This document shows positions 1-6,443 of a DNA stretch of 64,000 nucleotides, piece after piece; position 1 is the first letter of the stretch, and each line of letters begins with the position of its first letter. The position numbers and the translations under genes were made by a program. The notes under the pieces are model-generated. The model made no database searches and was not told the DNA's origin. It saw only the letters and a list, made by a program, of their open reading frames with translations. The stretch comes from an uncultured Verrucomicrobia subdivision 3 bacterium (lineage in GTDB: Bacteria > Verrucomicrobiota > Verrucomicrobiia > Limisphaerales > UBA11358), in the NCBI GenBank assembly GCA_903827955.1, contig CAIKKJ010000034.1:2946-66945 (forward strand), in the 5' to 3' direction.

Positions 1-164
1 TCACCAGCGAGCGTGCGATTGCGAAGCACCTGCGTCATCGCCTTGTGACCCGCCACACGGCGAAAGCTGCCATCATCCAACAGCACGGGATTAGATTTCG
101 CCCAGGCGTTCCAAGCACGGCGCTGGTCGCGATTCAATTTTTTCCATTCGGTCGATAATTTCAT
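1..164 (-). CDS. hypothetical protein, N-terminal part only (continues beyond window start)
   Basis: ATG at 164-162 overlaps the stop of the upstream portal gene (ATGA at 161-164). Frame is open to position 1 (MKLSTEWKKLNRDQRRAWNAWAKSNPVLLDDG...). No family recognised. Confidence 0.4.
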   Translation of the reverse strand, partial: MKLSTEWKKLNRDQRRAWNAWAKSNPVLLDDGSFRRVAGHKAMTQVLRNRTLAG

Positions 165-1747
165 GGCGTCGTTTGTGGTTGTGCCGGAGGCGTTGCTACG
201 GGCGGGGTAGTGCCAGCATTAGGAAGACCCCCGGTCTGTTTCTCCTGACCGTTTTGAAAATTGCCCGTGCGGCTCGCACTGGGTTGTCCAGCTTTGACGA
301 GATTCTTTTCTTCATCATCCGTGCGTCCAGTGGGCAGGACTTCACCTTTACGGAAGAGATCAAACATGGTGGCCTGAGAGATGGCTCCAGCCTGCCAGGC
401 CGAGACGATGGCAGTGAGTTCCAGACTGGTCAGACCTTTGGCGGTGAAGTCAGTATTGATCTGGAGCAGGACGAGAGATTCACTGATGTCTTCGGGATAC
501 TGTTCAGTGGAGTTCCACCAATAGACCCAGCGAAGGACTTGGCTGATGGAGTCAGAGACAGACAAAGCCAGTGTCATCAAGATGCTATTCTCACCAGCTT
601 GACGGAGTTCAATGGCATCAGCAGTTTCACCGACACGTTTGGTGTCTTCCAGCATCCGGGAGCCGAGGACAGCCATGAGCCGTTCATCACGGTTTTGAGC
701 ATTCTCAAAGGTGGACAGACCATGACCTTTGAATTCAAGGAAGCCGGCGACAGCACCGACCGTGTCCGAGACCCAAGCCGTGCTGCTGCCGATGCGTAGC
801 TCCGAAGTTTTATCAAAGCCAGCGACCCAAGCGGTAGGCAGAGCAGTGAAGTGCAAGCCATGCTTGTAGTCAGCATCCAGACGGTAGTGATCCAGATTGA
901 CGGAGATGATGTCAGCCAGCGGCATCTTGTCCACGTCGGGCAGTGCGTTGCGTGGACCATGAAAGACAAAGGGAATCAGCGGCAGCGTTTTGCCCAGGCG
1001 GAGCGGCACACGGCTTTCCACCAGCGTCCATTTGGTCTTGGCTTGGCTGGCCTTTTGGCCGGGCCAGAAATTACCCATCCAAGAGGATTGGCTGTTCGCA
1101 CGGTGGCCGTCCGCAAGGACTTGCCAGACTTCGACAACGTAACGAGTGCTACCATCGGGCAGCACTTCCAACTTCAGCACGCGCACCGTTTCCGTAATTT
1201 TCACGGCGAACGGATCAGCATCGTCGGGACGTTCCACCATTTCACGGAGCGCCACCATCGTAACCACGTTGCGGCCATTGATGCGGGCAGCTTGCCAATT
1301 CAAAATATCCTCGGCGGCATAGCGGACAACATAAGCACGAGATTCACCATCGGCCTGCCAATCAATCAGCGTGCCACAGCGACCCACAGCAAGGACTTCA
1401 CCGACGACACCCTTGCAGAAAGTGAAGAGCGACGTGCCCATCAAATCCACGTCATCGGTGAAGACACGCAAGGCACCACCGACACCAGCATGGCGGTCAG
1501 GAAGTTTCACTTCGGGATCACGACGAAAGAGCAAACCGAGGAAGCCATCACAGGTGCGCGACGTGGCATTAAAGAAACAAGCACGGGATTTGTAGCCGAG
1601 ATAATCGTCATCCGTTTGGGAATCCAGACGAGGGAGATACATGATGCCACCAAGTTTCACGGCATCTTCACCAGCGATGACATCACGGGCGCGAAGCCAG
1701 GCAGGCAGGCTTGCGTCGTAATCAGGATGTGTCGAGTTCGCTGGCAC
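161..1747 (-). CDS. phage portal protein (DUF4055-like portal family), copy 1
   Basis: 528-aa ORF with GTG start. Roughly 55-60% identical by eye over its full length to ORF 14035-15558, which sits in portal-scaffold-capsid order. Shared blocks: STHPDYDAS..AW.RARDV.AGEDAVK, HYRL.ADYKHG.HFTALPTAWV.GFDK, SAWQAGAISQ.TM. Family name is from memory, not searched. Confidence 0.75.
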   Translation of the reverse strand: MPANSTHPDYDASLPAWLRARDVIAGEDAVKLGGIMYLPRLDSQTDDDYLGYKSRACFFNATSRTCDGFLGLLFRRDPEVKLPDRHAGVGGALRVFTDDVDLMGTSLFTFCKGVVGEVLAVGRCGTLIDWQADGESRAYVVRYAAEDILNWQAARINGRNVVTMVALREMVERPDDADPFAVKITETVRVLKLEVLPDGSTRYVVEVWQVLADGHRANSQSSWMGNFWPGQKASQAKTKWTLVESRVPLRLGKTLPLIPFVFHGPRNALPDVDKMPLADIISVNLDHYRLDADYKHGLHFTALPTAWVAGFDKTSELRIGSSTAWVSDTVGAVAGFLEFKGHGLSTFENAQNRDERLMAVLGSRMLEDTKRVGETADAIELRQAGENSILMTLALSVSDSISQVLRWVYWWNSTEQYPEDISESLVLLQINTDFTAKGLTSLELTAIVSAWQAGAISQATMFDLFRKGEVLPTGRTDDEEKNLVKAGQPSASRTGNFQNGQEKQTGGLPNAGTTPPVATPPAQPQTTP

Positions 1748-1920
1748 GCGGCGACTCTAGCACGGGATTTTTTTGCAATCGGATCACCCCAAAACTCACG
1801 ACTGCCAGAAGATGCCACACGCTGTCACACACCGTCACACGCTGCCAAACAAATTTCTCATTCCCGATTGACGATTATTTTATTTCTCCCGTCGGCAACG
1901 CGCGGCCGTGATGGCAGCAC

Positions 1921-2330
1921 AAAGTTAGTTCGCTGCGCTCAACAAAAATATCAGTTCGCGCTTTGCTCTGCGTCGCGCTCAACAATGACGAATCGCGCTC
2001 AAGTTCACGGTTTCCATTGTTCACGTTGTGCGGAGGTTTTATTGCTCGCTCTGCTCGGAGAATTGAGCCGCACATCAGGCGCGCACGCGGACGCCTGACG
2101 CTCATGCTCGGCAGTCCAGCGGCAGCCCGCTAAAGCGGTCTGCCACTGGCCATGCCGAGCACCGGCACGCCTTCATCGGCTCACGAGTGCCAACTTACGG
2201 CGTGCCTTTCGCTCCATCGCGTGCGCGTAGCACGGTTCAGGTTCGCGAATGTTAACGGCGCGCTTCATCATTCAGGTTCGCCACGCAACGGCGCGCTGGC
2301 AGGCATCGAACCCTCGTCGCTTCGCTCCTC
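1921..2330. repeat. copy A of a three-copy structured non-coding element (candidate ncRNA or att-associated element)
   Basis: Colinear with 4348-4850 and 16986-17388. Starts AAAGTTAGTTCGC. Contains paired segments 2075-2081/2092-2098, 2106-2113/2153-2160, 2116-2125/2140-2149, 2127-2130/2135-2138 and 2164-2171/2199-2206. No conserved ORF. Confidence 0.8.
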
Positions 2331-2395
2331 GACTGTGGTAAATGTATTCGCCGCACATTATGCGGCGATTAAGGCCCCAATTCACCGCACGCATC

Positions 2396-2426
2396 ACTTG
2401 ACTGATAACTTGACTGACACTTGACT
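2396..2426 (+). promoter_or_regulatory. three direct repeats of ACTTGACT (starts 2396, 2408, 2419)
   Basis: Period is 11-12 bp and each unit contains the -35-like hexamer TTGACT. Located between repeat copy A and the HEPN gene. Function (operator, iteron or promoter) is not determinable from sequence. Confidence 0.35.
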
Positions 2427-2555
2427 CATCTTTCTTCGGCTGACGGCGTGACCATATTGCCGCCAGCGATGGTTTCTGTTGCAGACATCATCGGTTTCCG
2501 TGATTCTGTGCCTGACCATAAAACTTTTCGGCTGAAGTTAGCGGGTGATCCATTT

Positions 2556-3095
2556 ATGTCGCGTGCATCCAACACATTTCTCGAAGCCATCAAGGACGCG
2601 GAAATCCTGCTCGCACAATTCGATGCCATCAACACGAAGCCGCCACCGCCCCACGCCGAGGTTCTAAAACGCGCCGGACTCATCATGGCTCTTACCGCCT
2701 GGGAAACTTACGTCGAAGACCGGGCTGCTGAAGCGCTGGAAGAACGCATCAAGGCTTTGTCTGGCAGTCCTTTTGCGGATTTGATCAAAAAGAAATTCCA
2801 GAAAGATTTGAAGCGCTTGAACAATCCCAACTCCACCAAGACCTGCAATTTGTTCATGGACTATTTGGGCATGGATATCGCGCAGCATTGGACCTGGACC
2901 AACATGGACGTGAAGATGGTGAAGCAGCGGCTCGACGACCTGCTTGCGAAGCGTGGCAGCGCGGTGCATCGCTCCAAGGCCGCGGCCGCCAGCCCTCAGA
3001 ATGGTCATTTGGTGAAGCGCGAGGAACTCGACAAGGGCATCAAGTTTTTGAAGACGCTGGTGGAGCGAAGTGAAAAGGCGTTCACTTCCGCCTGA
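2556..3095 (+). CDS. HEPN-domain protein (RiboL-PSP-HEPN-like)
   Basis: ORF is open from TTG 2421, but third-position GC rises only after ATG 2556. KRGSAVHRS fits the HEPN Rx4-6H motif. The WETYVEDR helix resembles RiboL-PSP-type HEPN proteins (recollection). Confidence 0.55.
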   Translation: MSRASNTFLEAIKDAEILLAQFDAINTKPPPPHAEVLKRAGLIMALTAWETYVEDRAAEALEERIKALSGSPFADLIKKKFQKDLKRLNNPNSTKTCNLFMDYLGMDIAQHWTWTNMDVKMVKQRLDDLLAKRGSAVHRSKAAAASPQNGHLVKREELDKGIKFLKTLVERSEKAFTSA

Positions 3096-4257
3096 CTTCA
3101 CTCAAGCTTTCGCCGGGCGTCAGGTGCGCCGGCTCTTCGAGGATGTCCAGCAGGGCATTGGCGCAATACACGCGACCACGTTTAGCGTCACCGACTTGCT
3201 TCACGATTTTCAACCGTTCCAGCCGTTCGATGGCGCGTTGCGCCGTGGTAAAGGCAAACCCCAGTTTTTCCGCCGCACCCTTCGCGGTGATGAACGGATT
3301 CGAGGCCAGCAGTTCCACCACGCGCAGCGGCGCGTGGGTGGAGTCGCCGGAGACTGTTTTCTGCCACTCGGCCAGCAGGGCGTTCATGCGGGTCGCCCGG
3401 CTCAAGGCGTCTTCCGACATGCGGGCCACGCCGAGCAGGAAGTATTCGAGCCATTCATTCCATTCGCCCCGCTCGCTGACACCCCGAAGCCCTTCGTAAT
3501 AATCGCGACGCGCCTCTTCAAAAAATGCTGAAAGATACAGCAGCGGTGTCGGCAGGATGCCGCGTTCGATCAGAAAGAGCGTGATGAGCAAACGCCCCAC
3601 GCGGCCATTGCCGTCAAGGAATGGATGAATGGCTTCGAATTGGTAGTGTGCCAGCGCAACGGTCACCAGTGGCGGCAGATCGGAGTCATGCACAAACTTT
3701 TCCCACGCCGCCAGGCAGGGCTCGATTTCAGCCGGTGGTGGCGGCACAAACGAGGCTGTCTCCGGCGTGCTGCCCGGTTTGCCGATCCAGTTCTGGATTT
3801 TGCGGAAGCGTCCGGGCATGGCCCGTTCGCCGCTGACACCGGTCATGAGTTTTTCATGCAGCTCCCGGATGATGCGGATGCACAGCGGCAGATCCTTCAG
3901 GCGCTTGATGCCATGTTCCAGCGCGATGACGTAGTTTCCCACTTCCCGCAAATCTTCGGGACTGCGTTCCACGACCGCGCCGGCTTCCGCCGCCAGCATT
4001 TCGCCGAGCGTCGCCTGTGTCCCTTCAATCTTGCTCGATAGCACGGCTTCCCGTTTTACGAATGGACGCATCAGCACATGCGGATTCGGCAGACGACCGC
4101 CTTCCCCCGCCAGCTTCCCAACCAGACGATCCGCCTCCGACAACACCCGCATCAGCCGCGGAGTCCAGATGATCTTCGGCGGCAAGGGTGCCGGCACAAA
4201 GGCGGCATATTTGCCCAGCGGCACTTTGCGTCCAGGAATGTTTAATTTGCTGGCCAT
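3082..4257 (-). CDS. Fic family protein (AMPylase-type, with N-terminal inhibitory motif and C-terminal wHTH-like tail)
   Basis: HPFLDGNGRVGRLL matches the Fic motif HxFx(D/E)GNGRxxR. SSKIEG matches the inhibitory (S/T)xxxE(G/N) motif. ATG 4257 (MASKLNIPG...) is preferred over the ORF opening at 4302. The 3' end overlaps the HEPN gene by 14 nt, convergently. Confidence 0.85.
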   Translation of the reverse strand: MASKLNIPGRKVPLGKYAAFVPAPLPPKIIWTPRLMRVLSEADRLVGKLAGEGGRLPNPHVLMRPFVKREAVLSSKIEGTQATLGEMLAAEAGAVVERSPEDLREVGNYVIALEHGIKRLKDLPLCIRIIRELHEKLMTGVSGERAMPGRFRKIQNWIGKPGSTPETASFVPPPPAEIEPCLAAWEKFVHDSDLPPLVTVALAHYQFEAIHPFLDGNGRVGRLLITLFLIERGILPTPLLYLSAFFEEARRDYYEGLRGVSERGEWNEWLEYFLLGVARMSEDALSRATRMNALLAEWQKTVSGDSTHAPLRVVELLASNPFITAKGAAEKLGFAFTTAQRAIERLERLKIVKQVGDAKRGRVYCANALLDILEEPAHLTPGESLSEVRRK

Positions 4258-4273
4258 AACGTTGCTTTCGGTC

Positions 4274-4302
4274 GTGATAATAGCACAACCTGCTATTATC
4301 AC
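4274..4302. promoter_or_regulatory. perfect 12-bp inverted repeat GTGATAATAGCA-caacc-TGCTATTATCAC upstream of fic
   Basis: Read directly from the sequence. Lies 17 nt upstream of the fic ATG (4257). Operator-like geometry. Confidence 0.5.
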
Positions 4303-4347
4303 AAAAGCACAAATACGCTAATAGCGGGATTCCTTGTTTTCACGGCT

Positions 4348-4850
4348 AAAATTGAGTTCGCTGCGCTCGACAGAATTTAAGTTCGCGCTGCACTTCGCTC
4401 GCGTGCTCAACAGGAGAACACGAACGCGCTCGGATTCACGGTCTCCACGCTCGAACGTTGTGCGGAGTAATGTTAGATCGCTCCGCTCACAGAATTGTCC
4501 CGCACATCAGGCGCGTGCGCGGACGCCTGACGCTCATGCTGGCGGCGGCGGCTAACGCCACCGCTACGCCAGCACCGGGCCGCCTTCACAGGTTTACGAA
4601 TGGTTTCTCACGGCGGCCCTTTCGCTTCCGCGCGCACGCGTCGAACGTCGCAGGTCATCGAACGGTTTCCGCGCGATCCAACCATTCGGGTTGGCGGATG
4701 ATTTAAGCGCGCGGCCAGGCGGGGAAAAGTTAGTGGATTGCTGACTCGTCGCTGTCGCTCCTCGCGGGGGGCGAACGCGCACTGCGTTTGCGGTCGCCTT
4801 TTTGTTTTCAGAGGCCGCGAGGCTTCGCCACGGCCAAGACACAGCAATAT
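4348..4850. repeat. copy B of the three-copy structured non-coding element
   Basis: Starts AAAATTGAGTTCGC. Paired segments: 4460-4465/4500-4505, 4507-4513/4524-4530, 4538-4552/4557-4573, 4577-4584/4612-4619, 4628-4635/4707-4714. Shares an extra 3' block (CGCGAGGCTTCGCC...CAGCAATA) with copy C only. Confidence 0.8.
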
Positions 4851-6020
4851 CACGCCCAGGCCGGCGGCTTGGGCGTGCCGGCCATGCAACAGTTCCCGGC
4901 TGTCACAGAGCGGACACTTGCGCTCGTGCCTCGCGCCAAGTATCCGCACTGTTCGGCCCGCGCCCGTGACGGACTCGTCAGTTTGCGCCCAAGCTGCCCG
5001 CCGGCTGTTATTGATGTCACGCACCACCAAAGCGATGGAACTTGCCATGTTGGTCAGCTCACAAATCTCCCCGTCCCCTGGTCTCATTTGATCCAGCCAA
5101 GCCCGCAAATTATCATGAACGGGCACAATTCGACGACTGGCCGTCTTTGATTTGGTGACGCGCACTACCACGTAATCTTTTGCCAATTGCAGGTCCGCCC
5201 ACTCCAGCCGTTGGAGTTCCGCATGGCGCACGCCCGCAAAAGCCCCGATCACCATGAATGGCTTAATCCGCTCCGGCGTGAAGCAAAGAATTTCAACCAG
5301 CTCTGCCGGCGTGAAAAATTCGGTTTCCGTCGGCGGCTCTTTGATCGCCGGCACCGCGCATAATTCGTCATGGTCCCGGGGCAAATACCGCCGCCGCATG
5401 GCGTATATGAATAATGAATTGATGGCCTTGCGCAGGTTGTTTTGCGAACACGCCCCCACACCTAGTCCCCGCAGCCACTCATTAATTTCAGGCCCGCGAA
5501 TATCGGTGATGTTCCCCTTGAACCGCTTTGTGAATTGTCCCAAGGCATGGCGCATGGACTTGATATAGCTGTCGGTCAGCAACGCCTCGTCTTTTGAATT
5601 CAGCAACTCCTCCACCACGTCCGCGACGGGCATTTTCAATCGGCCCGGTGCCCACTCCAGAAAGTAATCCACAGCCTCGTGCAAATGCACTGTGCCCAAT
5701 TTCTTCATGGCCTCCGCATACTCCATCGCCGCCGACTGGACACTCACGCCGAGCGGATCCAGATAGAACCGTGCCGCTTTATAGTCCAGCCGGTCGTTGG
5801 GACTTAATTCGAGCACGAGCCCCTCCTGCTTGTCCAATTTACCAGCTACAAATCTGGCCTCTTTTTTAGCTTTTTCAAAATCAGAAAAAACCGTCCGCTT
5901 GCGCATCCTGCCCAGATAATAACTGACAAAATAATCCACCCGTCCCTTATTCATGCAGCGATAGATTTTAACCTGCACGGAGCCTTTTTGGATCACGACT
6001 GGAAATGTTTCATCGTCCAT
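4608..6020 (-). CDS. tyrosine recombinase/integrase, probably 3'-truncated (reading frame runs into repeat copy B)
   Basis: ATG 6020 (MDDETFPVVIQKG...). Catalytic Arg box AFAGVRHAELQRLEWADL and beta-hairpin Lys (VTKSKTASRRIVPV) are present. No HxxR...GH...Y block follows. The last ~90 codons are antisense to repeat copy B and look non-protein-like. Confidence 0.6.
   Translation of the reverse strand: MDDETFPVVIQKGSVQVKIYRCMNKGRVDYFVSYYLGRMRKRTVFSDFEKAKKEARFVAGKLDKQEGLVLELSPNDRLDYKAARFYLDPLGVSVQSAAMEYAEAMKKLGTVHLHEAVDYFLEWAPGRLKMPVADVVEELLNSKDEALLTDSYIKSMRHALGQFTKRFKGNITDIRGPEINEWLRGLGVGACSQNNLRKAINSLFIYAMRRRYLPRDHDELCAVPAIKEPPTETEFFTPAELVEILCFTPERIKPFMVIGAFAGVRHAELQRLEWADLQLAKDYVVVRVTKSKTASRRIVPVHDNLRAWLDQMRPGDGEICELTNMASSIALVVRDINNSRRAAWAQTDESVTGAGRTVRILGARHERKCPLCDSRELLHGRHAQAAGLGVILLCLGRGEASRPLKTKRRPQTQCAFAPREERQRRVSNPLTFPRLAARLNHPPTRMVGSRGNRSMTCDVRRVRAEAKGPP
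4770..4808 (+). terminator. candidate intrinsic terminator inside copy B
   Basis: GGCGAACGC (4770-4778) pairs with GCGGTCGCC (4790-4798) with one mismatch, followed by TTTTTGTTTT. This segment is an insertion specific to copy B. Confidence 0.45.
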
Positions 6021-6150
6021 GCTTGATTTTACAACGCCGCAACCTCTTTTGCAGCCTGTCCCCAGCACTGGGGACAAGACGAAAATTCCCGCTGTGTTAA
6101 TCTAAAGTCGTTGGGAGTAGTGACCCAACCGAAAAACAAGTGTTGAAGAA

Positions 6151-6182
6151 GCCCGGCGTAGTGTCCGGGCTTTTTTCTTTTT
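6151..6182 (+). terminator. intrinsic terminator (GCCCGG-cgtagtgt-CCGGGC + TTTTTTCTTTTT)
   Basis: Hairpin and T-run read directly. No plus-strand gene lies upstream, only two further hairpins (6058-6075, 6104-6128). Confidence 0.6.
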
Positions 6183-6443
6183 ACGAAGCAGTTGCCACCG
6201 CCGGAAACTTCACTGCATCCCGCCATTGCGCCACATCGTCCACGCGCTCCCGCTGATAAATCTGGTGAATCAGTTCCGACGAATGGTTCACCAGCCGCAA
6301 GCCCACCCGATTATCACACGACCCGGCCCATGCCGCTCATCCGAAAATTCTTCCCTTCGGATTTTCGTCCGGTCCGGGCAGCCGGCGTGTTCAGTTTCCG
6401 CTTTCGCTATTTCCGCGTTGAAAATCTGGCCCGTGCGGCGGTT

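Noticed and set aside
851-2098. 415-aa plus-strand ORF
   Set aside because: Lies antisense to the portal gene and then runs into repeat copy A. Arg/His/Gly-rich low-complexity translation typical of shadow ORFs in high-GC DNA.
2421-2555. N-terminal extension of the HEPN ORF from TTG 2421
   Set aside because: The TTG lies inside the third ACTTGACT repeat, and third-codon positions are T-rich, unlike the rest of the gene. ATG 2556 is preferred, though 2469 remains possible.
4538-4573. tmRNA hypothesis for the three-copy element: a hairpin with TAA in its loop, as in tmRNA helix 5
   Set aside because: No tRNA-like acceptor or T arm (no GGTTCGA...CCA). The peptides ending at the loop TAA (…AHAGGGG, …SPAAAR) differ between copies and do not resemble degradation tags.
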